Source of the DNA: Croceibacterium sp.
GTDB lineage: Bacteria; Pseudomonadota; Alphaproteobacteria; Sphingomonadales; Sphingomonadaceae
Reading direction: 5' to 3'
Length of the DNA stretch: 42,444 nucleotides
NCBI GenBank assembly: GCA_036519255.1
Contig: DATDLP010000013.1
Location: 1-42,444 of the forward strand
Of the stretch, positions 7,558 to 16,867 are shown one piece after another. The notes beneath the pieces are model-generated. The model was given only the letters and a program-made list of their open reading frames with translations. It had not been told where the DNA came from and searched no databases. The position numbers and the translations under genes are program-made. Numbering within the stretch: the stretch's first letter is position 1; every line of letters begins with the position of its first letter.

Positions 7558-8429
7558 AGACTCCGGCGCTCGTGGTCGATGTGCGCGGGTTGGCGCATCG
7601 CGTCGGCGGGTTCGCGCTCGGGCCGTTGGATCTCGCGGTGCCGGAAGGCTCGATCACCGCGCTGGTCGGGCCGAACGGCGCGGGTAAGACGACGCTGCTC
7701 GACCTGCTGTTCGGCCTCGGCCGCGCGCAGCACGGGCGCATCGAAATCGCCGGGCTGATCCAGTCGCGCGACGCGGTGGCGATCAAGCGGCGGATCGGCT
7801 TCGTCTCGCCCGACCTCGGCTATACCACGTGGGGTACGGTCGGCTCCGCGCTCGACTACCTGAAGGGGTTCTACCCCGAATGGTCCGCCGCAGAATGCCA
7901 GCGCCTGATGGACCTGTTCGAGCTCGAGCGGGGCAAGAAGATCGCCGGCCTCTCGTTCGGCGAGAAGACCCGGCTGTCGCTGATCGTGGCGCTGGCGCGT
8001 GACACCGACGCGCTGCTGCTCGACGAGCCCACCACCGGCCTCGACGTGGCCGGGCGCAGGAATCTGTTCGCCGAGCTGCTGCGCTACACCGAGACCTTCG
8101 GGCGCGCGGTGGTGATTTCCTCGCACCAGTTGGGCGACCTAGAGCGCCTGGCGGACCGGATCGCGCTGCTGAGCCGCGGCAAGCTCGTCGCGCAGGGCGA
8201 GATGGACTTGCTGGTCGAGCGCTTCGAGCAATGGGACGTCAGCCTTCGGGCGCTGCGCCCGCGCCTGCCCGCGGGGCTTCGCGTGCTGGCCGAGGACGGC
8301 TCGCGCGCGCGGCTGATGGCGGATCTGACGAGCCCGGGACCGGCCGAACTGGATCCCGCGGACATCATCGCGAGGGCGCCGATGACGCTCGAGGAAGTTT
8401 ATCTCGGCCTGACGGGTGAGCTAGCATGA
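7554..8429 (+). CDS. ABC transporter ATP-binding protein (YtrB-like)
   Basis: Walker A GPNGAGKTT, variant signature LSFGE, Walker B LLLDEPT, SSH switch. ATGA coupling. Confidence 0.92.
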   Translation: MKTPALVVDVRGLAHRVGGFALGPLDLAVPEGSITALVGPNGAGKTTLLDLLFGLGRAQHGRIEIAGLIQSRDAVAIKRRIGFVSPDLGYTTWGTVGSALDYLKGFYPEWSAAECQRLMDLFELERGKKIAGLSFGEKTRLSLIVALARDTDALLLDEPTTGLDVAGRRNLFAELLRYTETFGRAVVISSHQLGDLERLADRIALLSRGKLVAQGEMDLLVERFEQWDVSLRALRPRLPAGLRVLAEDGSRARLMADLTSPGPAELDPADIIARAPMTLEEVYLGLTGELA

Positions 8430-9838
8430 CCAAGCGGCGCGATCCGGCGATCCGCTGGCGGATCAGCTTGCGGCTGCTGGGCGCGCTCAGGCTCGGCAGC
8501 GTGGGGACCGAACTGGCCCTGTTGCTGGGACTTGTCGCCTTTCTTGCGCTCAACAATGCCGCGGCGCTCGGATCCGGGAGCAAGCCCGCCCTCTCGCACG
8601 GCGGCCTGCTGCTGGCGATGCTGACCTATTTGCTGTTTGCGTGGACCGGGCCGGCGAATGCCGGGTGGCACCGGCTGCCGGTTTCGCGAGACGAACGCGG
8701 TGCGGCGGCCTGGCTGCTGGTTGGCGTGATCCCGCTGCTGCTCGATCTGGTCAGCTGCTTGCTTGCGGCGCTGCTGCTGCGGATCGGCGACCGATCCCTC
8801 GACGCGAACCATTTGCTGACGCTGTTCGGCCTGCAGGGGCTGCTTACCCAAGGCATGGCTGGCGCGACAATCGTGTTCGGACAATGGCCGCAAACGCGCA
8901 GCCGTTTCCTGACGGTGAGTGGACGCAAGCCGGCCGGTTGGCTGATGGTCTGCATGATCGGGATCCTTTTGATCGGCGGTGCCCTCGTCGCCGGCAGCGT
9001 GGAAGCGCCCGAGGGCTTGGGCGTGTTCGCGACCCTTGCCACGCTTGCTGTCGGGGCTGCCCTGCTGCCATTGAGCACCCGCTTCGCCCGGCTCGATCCG
9101 CCACTCGCCGGGGACCGCACGGAGCTGCACGCCTGGCACGAACGGCTGCGGCTGAGCGGCTGGAGCGGTCACTTCAGCAGGGAAACGACGCGTTCGCTGG
9201 CCGTGGCGGGCTTCGTGGTGATCAGCGGCCTGATCGTGCTCGAGCTGATGCCCTTCGCCGAGGTCGGGCATCGGCCGGGCGCCGTGCCGCCCCCGCCCCT
9301 GCGCTCCGCGTTCGCTCAGGCGTGGGCCGGGCCGGCGCTGACCGGAGCCTTCGCGGCCGCGGCAAGCTCGCTGCTGCTGATGCGGCAGCGCCGGACGGTT
9401 CTGTGCCTACCGGGTGGTGAATTGCTGGTCCTGCTCACCCCGGCCTACTGCGCGCTGCTCGGCTTCCTGCCTGTCGCCTTCGCCCTCACACCGGTCGAGG
9501 TCGCTGCGCCGTCCATGTGGCTTGGCCAGGTTGCAACTGGTGCGCTGGTTGCGCTGGCGCTCGCCTACGCCTTGCTGGCCGGCATGCTGCGGTCCACCAC
9601 GACGGCGCAGGTCCTGCTGACGGGAATCGCTGTGACCATGGCCGGCAGCTTGCTGGGCGCGGTCGCACTGATCGCGGCAACCCTGCCCGGGGGCACCGAC
9701 ACCGTCACGCCGTGGGTTGCGTCGGCCTCGGCGCTCGCGCTGATCGTCGGCTTCGGCGCTTGCGTGCTCCAGCTCAGGCGGTCGCGTGGCCCCTACCAAC
9801 TCTGGCCGCTGGTCCCCGTGCGTTGGAACAGCGCCTGA
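8426..9838 (+). CDS. Multi-pass membrane protein, probable ABC-2-type permease
   Basis: About a dozen hydrophobic segments, an LPVSR loop motif typical of ABC-2 permeases, and ATGA coupling to the ATPase. Confidence 0.7.
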   Translation: MTKRRDPAIRWRISLRLLGALRLGSVGTELALLLGLVAFLALNNAAALGSGSKPALSHGGLLLAMLTYLLFAWTGPANAGWHRLPVSRDERGAAAWLLVGVIPLLLDLVSCLLAALLLRIGDRSLDANHLLTLFGLQGLLTQGMAGATIVFGQWPQTRSRFLTVSGRKPAGWLMVCMIGILLIGGALVAGSVEAPEGLGVFATLATLAVGAALLPLSTRFARLDPPLAGDRTELHAWHERLRLSGWSGHFSRETTRSLAVAGFVVISGLIVLELMPFAEVGHRPGAVPPPPLRSAFAQAWAGPALTGAFAAAASSLLLMRQRRTVLCLPGGELLVLLTPAYCALLGFLPVAFALTPVEVAAPSMWLGQVATGALVALALAYALLAGMLRSTTTAQVLLTGIAVTMAGSLLGAVALIAATLPGGTDTVTPWVASASALALIVGFGACVLQLRRSRGPYQLWPLVPVRWNSA

Positions 9839-9906
9839 TCCACCCCTGACAACCAACCTGTGGGCACGAGAATCTCTCGAGCCGCCCGACCCTGTGGGAG
9901 TCTGCC

Positions 9907-12741
9907 ACGTCGAGTGCTCGCACCATCGCCCCCTCGCTCGCGTTTGCCGCTATCCTGCTGGCCGACGCAGGGCCGGCGCGGGCACAGGACGCCGCGGCCG
10001 GCGTCCGGGCCTGGCAGATCCGCAGCGACGACCTGCGGGCTGACCCCGGTGTCCTGTTCGGCCGACTGGAGAACGGCATGCGCTACGCGCTGGCGCGCAA
10101 CACCATGCCGAGCGGCGGTGCGGCGATTCGGTTCACCATCGACGCCGGCCGGCGCGACGAGCGTGATGACGAAGCCGGGTTCGCGCACTTCCTCGAGCAC
10201 ATGGCCTTCAACGGCTCGAGCAGCATCCCTGAAGGGCAACTGGTGCCGATGCTCGAGCGTCTCGGGCTGGCGTTCGGCCCCGACGCCAATGCCGAGACCG
10301 GCTTTGAGCACACGAGCTACCTGCTGAACCTGCCCCGCACCGACGAGGCGACGGTCGAAGCCGCGCTCACGATCATGCGCGAAACCGCGTCCGAGCTGAC
10401 CCTCCCCAGCGATGCGGTGGACTGTGAGCGCGGCGTGCTCGCCAGCGAGCACCGGGCGCGCGACACGCCGGAGCGCCGGCGGACAGCCGACTTGCTGTCG
10501 GCGGCCGTGCCCGGCGGCCGGCTGGGCGAACGCATGGCCGGCGAGCTGGACGGTCTCGACACGCTCACTGCCGATCGGCTGCGCGCATTCTACCAGGCCT
10601 ATTACCGGCCGGAGAATGCGACGCTGGTGATCGTCGGGGACTTCGATCCCGCCGCAATGGAAGTCCGGATCGTCGGGCATTTCGCGGACTGGCGCGGCGC
10701 GGGCGAGTCGCGGCAGCCGTTTGTAACGCCGAGTGCACCGCGCCAGGCTGCCGTCGATACTTTCTCCGATCCGTCGATTCCCGAAGCGGTCGAGTTGCTG
10801 TCGGTCAGCCCCTACACCCCACCTGCGAACAGCCTCGCCGAGCAGCGCGAGAGGGCTTTGCGCGCGGTCGCAGCGCGGGCGCTGAGCAACCGCCTGGTGG
10901 AGCTTTCGCGCGGCGCGGACAGCCCGTCGCTCGGCGGCCAGGCCGCGATCCAGGATCTGTTCCGCAGCGCCAACATCGCCGGCGTCTCGGTGGGAGCGAA
11001 GGACGGCCAATGGCGCGCGGCGGCGATGATGGCCGAGCAGCAGTTGCGAGGTGCGCTGCAACACGGCTTCACGCTAGCCGAAGTCACCGAAGCCAAGGCC
11101 AACCTGGCGGCAAGCTTCGAGAATCTTGCCGCGCAATGGCCGGCGATGCCGAGTAGCCTGAAAGCCCAGTTGCTGTCGCAAGCATCGCTGAGCGACGGCG
11201 TGCCCGTGGCGCCTGCCGCGTCGCTTGAGGCCTATCGGGACATCGCCGACAGCATCACCCCCGCGAGCGTGACCGAGGCCTTCCGCCAGGCCTGGGTCAG
11301 CGGGGTCGACCTGGTGCACGTGTCGACCAAGGGCGCGATCGAAGGCGGCGACGAAGCCGTTGCGGCAGCGTTCGCCGAAAGCGGAAGGGTAGCAGTGGCT
11401 GCGCCCGTCCAAGGGGGCGATGCGGTCCGCTTTGCCTATGATGATTTTGGCCCGGCGGGCGCAGTGATGTCCGACACGCGGATTGCCGACCTGGCTATCC
11501 GCAGCATCGCCTTCGCGAACGGCACGCGGCTCAATCTCAAGCGGACCGATTTCGAGCCCGCGCGCATCGCCTTCCAGATGCACGTCGGCAACGGACTCGC
11601 GGGATTTCCCAAGGACAAGCCGGGCCTGCCGCAGATGATGGGCATGACGATGGCGCTCGACGGGCTGCAAGCGCACGGCATCGATGAATTGCGGCGCCTG
11701 CTGGCCGGCCGCCAGGTCTCGCTCGCCTTCGCGCCCGGTACCGACGCGCTGATCGCGGCGGGCACGACCACACCGCAAGACGTAGAGCTGCAGCTCAAGC
11801 TGCTCGCCGCGCGACTGGCTGCCAGTGGCTTCCGACCGGAAACTCAGGCGCAATGGCAGGGCGCGGCGCCTGTCTTAGCTCAGGGCACCGCTTCCACCGC
11901 GCAACGATTGCTCTCGCTGGCGCTGAATCATCTCCTCGCGGGCGGTGACGGGCGGTTCGGCGCGGCCGATCCCATGGCCCTCACACAGCGTTCGCTCGAT
12001 GAATTACGGGCGACGATCGAACCGCAACTGCTCCACGGCGCCGTGGATGTCGGGCTGGTCGGCGATTTCGACGAGGACACCGCCATCGCCGCCTTTGCAC
12101 GCACGCTCGGCGCGCTCCCGCCGCGCGATCCCACGCCGGCAACAGCGGGAAACCCGCCGCGCTTTACCACGGAGCGCGGGCCGCTGATCCTCAACCACAG
12201 CGGTCCCGCCGACCAGGCGATGGTCGCGCTGGCATGGCCGACCGACGACGGCAGCGACCTTGCCGGACAACTGCAGCGAGCCGTGCTGGCGCAGGTCTTC
12301 CAGATCCGGCTCACCGAAACGCTGCGGGAGAGCCTCGGCGCCACCTACACACCGCAGGCGGTCGCCTATTCCACGCCGGAGGATGATGATTTCGGCTATC
12401 TGGGCACGCTTGCCTCGGTCGATCCTGCACGGCTCGAAGCCGCAACCGGCATCATGCGTTCGATCGCCGCGGAACTGGTGGGTGCGGAGGTTTCCGCCGA
12501 TTTGCTCCAGCGAGCACGCCAGCCGATCCAGGAAGGCATGCGAGCAGAGCAGACCCAGAATGGAAGCTGGTCCTCGATCGTGGCGCGGGCGCACCGCAAT
12601 CCCGATCATCTCGATCGGCGGCGGCGACGCGACGCGGTGCTCGCCGCGATCATGCCAGCGGATCTCCAGGCCCAAGCGCGCCGGTTCCTGACGGAAGACC
12701 CGGTGGAGATCCGCGTCGTTTCGAAACCCGTGGAGGAGTAG
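9907..12741 (+). CDS. M16 family zinc metallopeptidase (PqqL-like), secreted; apparent ACG start
   Basis: HFLEH inverted zincin motif, GRLENGMRY, YYRPENATLVIVGDFD and a second half beginning FANGTRLNLK. An in-frame signal peptide lies upstream of ATG 10078, starting at ACG 9907 six nt after GGGAG. Confidence 0.85.
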   Translation, partial: TSSARTIAPSLAFAAILLADAGPARAQDAAAGVRAWQIRSDDLRADPGVLFGRLENGMRYALARNTMPSGGAAIRFTIDAGRRDERDDEAGFAHFLEHMAFNGSSSIPEGQLVPMLERLGLAFGPDANAETGFEHTSYLLNLPRTDEATVEAALTIMRETASELTLPSDAVDCERGVLASEHRARDTPERRRTADLLSAAVPGGRLGERMAGELDGLDTLTADRLRAFYQAYYRPENATLVIVGDFDPAAMEVRIVGHFADWRGAGESRQPFVTPSAPRQAAVDTFSDPSIPEAVELLSVSPYTPPANSLAEQRERALRAVAARALSNRLVELSRGADSPSLGGQAAIQDLFRSANIAGVSVGAKDGQWRAAAMMAEQQLRGALQHGFTLAEVTEAKANLAASFENLAAQWPAMPSSLKAQLLSQASLSDGVPVAPAASLEAYRDIADSITPASVTEAFRQAWVSGVDLVHVSTKGAIEGGDEAVAAAFAESGRVAVAAPVQGGDAVRFAYDDFGPAGAVMSDTRIADLAIRSIAFANGTRLNLKRTDFEPARIAFQMHVGNGLAGFPKDKPGLPQMMGMTMALDGLQAHGIDELRRLLAGRQVSLAFAPGTDALIAAGTTTPQDVELQLKLLAARLAASGFRPETQAQWQGAAPVLAQGTASTAQRLLSLALNHLLAGGDGRFGAADPMALTQRSLDELRATIEPQLLHGAVDVGLVGDFDEDTAIAAFARTLGALPPRDPTPATAGNPPRFTTERGPLILNHSGPADQAMVALAWPTDDGSDLAGQLQRAVLAQVFQIRLTETLRESLGATYTPQAVAYSTPEDDDFGYLGTLASVDPARLEAATGIMRSIAAELVGAEVSADLLQRARQPIQEGMRAEQTQNGSWSSIVARAHRNPDHLDRRRRRDAVLAAIMPADLQAQARRFLTEDPVEIRVVSKPVEE

Positions 12742-12918
12742 TAGCCGCGCATCTGCGCGGGACTTCCTCGTGCTTGCTACACGACCACCGCAAATCGCGG
12801 CGTCGTTGCTGCGGCGCCTATAGCTGCCGCATGCAAGAAATAGTTCCGATTTCCCCGCTTGCGCTGACGCCTCGCTGTGGCAGGTAGTCCGCAAAGAAAA
12901 ATGAGGGAGAGACACGGG

Positions 12919-14643
12919 ATGGCATTGCAGGCCTATCCGGACGTACCGCTGTTCCGGTATCCGTACACCCAGCTGAGCGAGGCGCAGATCCAGGCCAAGC
13001 TCGCCCCAGCCGCGCAGGCCGGACCGGGCAGCAAGGGGGGGCTCGAAACCGATCTCGCCGGCACCGTGCTGCGCATCGTGACCGATGGCGCGGGCACGCT
13101 GACCTGGCAGTTCGGCCAGGGCAACCAGGTTACCTTCGACGGCGCGACCGGCGGCTACGGCGCGCTGACGCTCGACCATGTGACGCTGATCAGCCACGTC
13201 GTGCCAAACAGCACCAAGGCCTGGGCGATCGCCTGGGACCGGCACAACAACCTCGCCACCGTGTTCGAGCTGTGGTGGGGCGGCGGCCCTTCCCCGCACA
13301 CGCGCGAGATCAACCGCGCGGTGTGGCACGGCTACGCGCAAAGCGGCGACGGCCCGGCGCCGACCGAGCGGCACACGCCGACGATCCGGATGGAAGGTCG
13401 CGGCTATGCCTGGACCGAGGACACCGGGATCCGCACGATCGAGTACTACTGCTCGTACACCTACACCCACTGGGTCGACCTCGATCGGCTCAAGGACGCG
13501 CGCGGCTATTCGGCGCCGGCCGATTACATCCAGCTGACCGAGGACCTCTACCTGTTTGCCAGGGTCGAGGCCGAGTTCTCGGGCATGCTGCAGATGTACC
13601 TGGTGGATTCGAACCGGCTGCAGTCGGTCGGCGTGCGCCTCGGGTTCAATGGGGCGGACGAGCTCGAGTACTACATGTACAAGGGCACCGCCGAATGGCT
13701 CGGCCAGAACGCGCGGTTCCAGAAGCTCGGCGATTTCACCGCCAGCCCGATCCCGATCGAGAACGCCAAGAAAGGCGAGCGGCGAATCTATCGCCCGGTC
13801 GCGACGATGGAAAAGATGACCCCGGCCGAGGTCAACGCCGCGGTGGCGGCGAACACGCACGTTTTCGACCGGCCGAGCCCGATGGCCGGGAACGGCACTC
13901 CGCCGAGCCCGGGATTGGCGGGCAAGAGCTTCGCGGTCCACTACGACGGCGGGCCGCGGATGGACTACGAGTTCACCTCCGCGGACAGCCTCAAGTGGCG
14001 CAGGGACGGCGGCGGGTGGACCGAAGCGCGCTACAACGCATGGGAGGTGATGCCCGGCGCGTTCATCTTCGGGCACCTGCTTGCGGGAACGACGAACCAC
14101 GACGGGCACATCGTCGTGGCCGACCTCGATGCCGGGCTGGCGACCAACTACCACGGGTTCCTCAACACGCCGTACTTCGCCAACGAGGCGGGCGCCGAGA
14201 CGCTGTTCGGCAAGGTGGTCGGCCAGGGCATCCCCGATCCGGGCAACCGGCGGCACGAGCGCACGCGCGACCTGCTCGGCCGGGCGTTCACCTGGGAGTA
14301 CGCGCCGGGCCTCAACTCGATGCACCTGTACTCGACGCCGAACACGACCTCGTGGATCATCCCCAACGCGGCGACCGGGCACTTCGGCACCGAGTGGAGC
14401 GGCACCGGCGACTTCGTGAAGATCCGCGACCAGCTCTACTTCGCGCGCTGGTGCGAGGAAGCGTGCAACGGCACGCTCGGCACGCTGCTGCTCAACATGC
14501 GCACCATGCACGACGCGGGCATCGGCTATCACTGCGGCAAGAACGGCCTGAGCATGAGCGCGGTCGGCGCGCCCGCGCGGCATGCGGGCAAGTTCGAGGT
14601 CGGCAAATTCTTCGGACCGGATGCGTGGAGGACCAAGCCATGA
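12919..14643 (+). CDS. Tandem MoaF-family protein (two MoaF N+C units)
   Basis: Internal duplication: LAGTVLRIVTDG / LAGKSFAVHYDG, MEGRGYAWT / LLGRAFTWEY, YIQLTEDLYLFARVE / FVKIRDQLYFARWCE. Pattern resembles MoaF/MoaF_C. RBS GAGGGAG. Confidence 0.65.
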   Translation: MALQAYPDVPLFRYPYTQLSEAQIQAKLAPAAQAGPGSKGGLETDLAGTVLRIVTDGAGTLTWQFGQGNQVTFDGATGGYGALTLDHVTLISHVVPNSTKAWAIAWDRHNNLATVFELWWGGGPSPHTREINRAVWHGYAQSGDGPAPTERHTPTIRMEGRGYAWTEDTGIRTIEYYCSYTYTHWVDLDRLKDARGYSAPADYIQLTEDLYLFARVEAEFSGMLQMYLVDSNRLQSVGVRLGFNGADELEYYMYKGTAEWLGQNARFQKLGDFTASPIPIENAKKGERRIYRPVATMEKMTPAEVNAAVAANTHVFDRPSPMAGNGTPPSPGLAGKSFAVHYDGGPRMDYEFTSADSLKWRRDGGGWTEARYNAWEVMPGAFIFGHLLAGTTNHDGHIVVADLDAGLATNYHGFLNTPYFANEAGAETLFGKVVGQGIPDPGNRRHERTRDLLGRAFTWEYAPGLNSMHLYSTPNTTSWIIPNAATGHFGTEWSGTGDFVKIRDQLYFARWCEEACNGTLGTLLLNMRTMHDAGIGYHCGKNGLSMSAVGAPARHAGKFEVGKFFGPDAWRTKP

Positions 14644-15134
14644 GCGAGACACTATCGACCGACCGCCGCTCGTTCCTCAAGACCGGCTCGCTCGTCGCCG
14701 CGCCGCTGGCGATGGCCGCGCCGGTGGCGGCGCTGGCCGGCGACGACAGCCGCGCGAAGCTCGCCCGGCTCGAGGACGAACGCGCGATCGAGGCGCTGCA
14801 GCGCAAGTTCCTGCGCCACCTCAACGGCGCGGGCGATTGCGGCGAGTTCATCGCTTCGTCGGGCTCGGTCGATCTCGGCGAAGGGCTGCGCGCGATCGCC
14901 GAGGACCTCGGGCACGAGACCGAGCTGGCGCTGGCCGAGGACGGCCTCAGCGCCACCGCGCGCTGCGCCTGCCGCGTCGAGCGCGAAACCGCATTCACCG
15001 GGGATACGACGCTCGAGCAGATGGCCCGCTTCGAGGGCCACGGCAGCCACCGCCACGAGGAACGGCGCACGCTCGCGACCGCGTTTATCAAGGGCAAGGA
15101 CGGGTGGAGGATCGCGAGCGCGACGCTTGCCTGA
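14640..15134 (+). CDS. SnoaL/NTF2-like protein with Tat signal
   Basis: DRRSFLK twin-arginine motif, LARLEDERAIEAL start of SnoaL_4, C-terminal GWRIA. ATGA coupling. Confidence 0.75.
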   Translation: MSETLSTDRRSFLKTGSLVAAPLAMAAPVAALAGDDSRAKLARLEDERAIEALQRKFLRHLNGAGDCGEFIASSGSVDLGEGLRAIAEDLGHETELALAEDGLSATARCACRVERETAFTGDTTLEQMARFEGHGSHRHEERRTLATAFIKGKDGWRIASATLA

Positions 15135-15147
15135 AGACTCCGTGACG

Positions 15148-15255
15148 CGTCATTGCGGGAAGTGTAGCGACGGAAGCAATCCAGGGCGGTGCCAGACTGC
15201 CGTGGGTTGGTTCGCCCTGCGGGCCTGCTGCGCAACCGCTTCACTCGCAACGACG
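15148..15255. repeat. Alphaproteobacterial REP/RPE-like palindromic element (degenerate)
   Basis: CGTCATTGCG...GAAGCAATCCAG ... CTCGCAACGACG. Termini are near-complementary and resemble the common GTCATTGCGAG...CTCGCAATGAC element. Confidence 0.7.
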
Positions 15256-15284
15256 AGTTGAGGCAAGAGAGAGAGGAAGCACAG

Positions 15285-16799
15285 ATGGTCGCACCGAAAT
15301 ACTTGCTCACCGCCGGGCTGGCCGCCCTGGTCGCCGGCTGCACCGCGCAGCAAGCCAGCGAAGGCCCCAGCCCCGCCAGCTTCCCTGCGCTCGCCGGTGC
15401 CGACCGCTGCGCCACGGTGACACCGGCGATGCTCGGTGCCACCACCGCGAGCGGCAAGTGGGTCGAGGAAGCCAACGGCCTGCCGGGCTTCTGCGAGGTC
15501 ACCGCCAATCTCTCGCCGGTCGCGGGGTCGAACATCGGCGTGGTGTACCGCCTGCCGGCGAGCTGGAACGGCAAGGTGCTCACGTTCGGTGGCGGCGGCT
15601 GGATCGGCAACATCGCGCTGCAGACCGCGTCCGAAGGCCTGCGCAAGGGCTATGCCACGCTGCAGACCGACGGCGGCCATCCGATCGGCAATGTGTGGGA
15701 CAACGCGTGGGCCGCCAATCCGGAGCAGGCGAAGGATTTCAGCTACCGCGCGATCCACGAGACGACCGTGGCGGGCAAGGCGCTGGTCTCCGCGTACTAC
15801 GGCCAGCCGCACCGCCGCGCCTATTACCAGGGCTGCTCGACCGGCGGCCGCATGGGGCTGATGGAAGCCCAGCGTTACCCCGACGACTTCGATGCGATCA
15901 GCGCCGGCGCGCCGGTCTACACGCTGCAGACGCAGACCAGCGCGGTGCTGCGCGGCCAGACGTTCGCGAAGGACGGCGGCGGCTTCAGCGCCACCGACCT
16001 GCAGCTGGCGCAGGGCGCCGCGCTCGAGGCGTGCGATGCCACCGACGGGTTCAAGGACGGCCTGATCAACGACCCGCGCCAGTGCCGGTGGGATCCGGCG
16101 GAGCTGCTGTGCACCGCCGGCAAGTCCGACAGCTGCCTGAGCGCGCCGCAAGTCGCGGCGCTGCGCGCGGCCTACGAGGGCGTTCGCGCGCCCGACGGCG
16201 AATGGGCGATGCTGCCGATGAGCCGCGGCGGGGAGGCCGGCTGGGCGGCGTTCGTCGGCACCGCCGGCGACGGGAAGGACCCGAGCAACGGCGGCGGGCT
16301 CGGCGGGCTGCTGCCGCTGATGTTCGATCCGCCGCCGACGCTCGCCGCGCTGACCCTCGACCAGGTCATGACCGTGCGCCGCAGCGAGTTCGCGCGAATC
16401 TACGAGGCCAAGGACCCCGACCTGCGCCCGTTCTTCCGCAGTGGCGGCAAGCTGCTGCTGTGGCACGGCGAAAGCGATCCGGGGCCGAGCCCGGTCGCGA
16501 CCAACGACTACTTCAAGGCGGTGCTCGCGCGCGCACCCGCGGCGAGCAGCCAGGCGCGGTACTTCCTCTACCCCGGCGTGGGCCACTGCGCGGGCGGCCC
16601 CGGCGCGGACCAGGTCGGCGTGCTCGACGCGCTGGCCGAGTGGGACGAGACCGGACAGGCGCCCGACGTGCTGATCGGCACCAAGGCCAACGGCTCGCTC
16701 ACCCGTCCGCATTGCGCCTGGCCCAACGTCGCGCGCTATCGCGGGACGGGAGACGCGAACGACACCGCCAGCTGGCAGTGCATGCCGCGGTCGAGCTGA
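15285..16799 (+). CDS. Tannase / feruloyl esterase family alpha/beta hydrolase (lipoprotein)
   Basis: Lipobox LVAGC, LPASWNGK, GCSTGG catalytic Ser, WHGESD, GVGHCAGG and ARYRGTGD. Confidence 0.92.
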   Translation: MVAPKYLLTAGLAALVAGCTAQQASEGPSPASFPALAGADRCATVTPAMLGATTASGKWVEEANGLPGFCEVTANLSPVAGSNIGVVYRLPASWNGKVLTFGGGGWIGNIALQTASEGLRKGYATLQTDGGHPIGNVWDNAWAANPEQAKDFSYRAIHETTVAGKALVSAYYGQPHRRAYYQGCSTGGRMGLMEAQRYPDDFDAISAGAPVYTLQTQTSAVLRGQTFAKDGGGFSATDLQLAQGAALEACDATDGFKDGLINDPRQCRWDPAELLCTAGKSDSCLSAPQVAALRAAYEGVRAPDGEWAMLPMSRGGEAGWAAFVGTAGDGKDPSNGGGLGGLLPLMFDPPPTLAALTLDQVMTVRRSEFARIYEAKDPDLRPFFRSGGKLLLWHGESDPGPSPVATNDYFKAVLARAPAASSQARYFLYPGVGHCAGGPGADQVGVLDALAEWDETGQAPDVLIGTKANGSLTRPHCAWPNVARYRGTGDANDTASWQCMPRSS

Positions 16800-16812
16800 G
16801 CGGCGCATAGCG

Positions 16813-16849
16813 AAAGGGGCGGCTCCCGGGAGGAAGGAGCCGCCCCTCG
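16813..16849. terminator. Hairpin between convergent genes, terminator (T-tract on the minus strand)
   Basis: AGGGGCGGCTCC-N9-GGAGCCGCCCCT, a 12-bp stem. Confidence 0.75.
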
Positions 16850-16867
16850 CTTGGCTGCCTGAGGGGA

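Noticed and set aside
12878-12893. Sigma54 promoter upstream of the MoaF-like gene
   Set aside because: GG-N10-GC spacing fits, but the -12 element is CCGC rather than TTGC, which is too weak in GC-rich DNA.
12919-14643. Molybdenum cofactor biosynthesis function for the MoaF-like protein
   Set aside because: No moa/moe/mob genes nearby, and the family name traces to a monoamine-regulated operon.
16815-16847. Cuckoo/anti-SD sRNA (minus-strand loop TTCCTCCCG)
   Set aside because: Only one hairpin, without the full CCUCCUCCC motif; adequately explained as a terminator.
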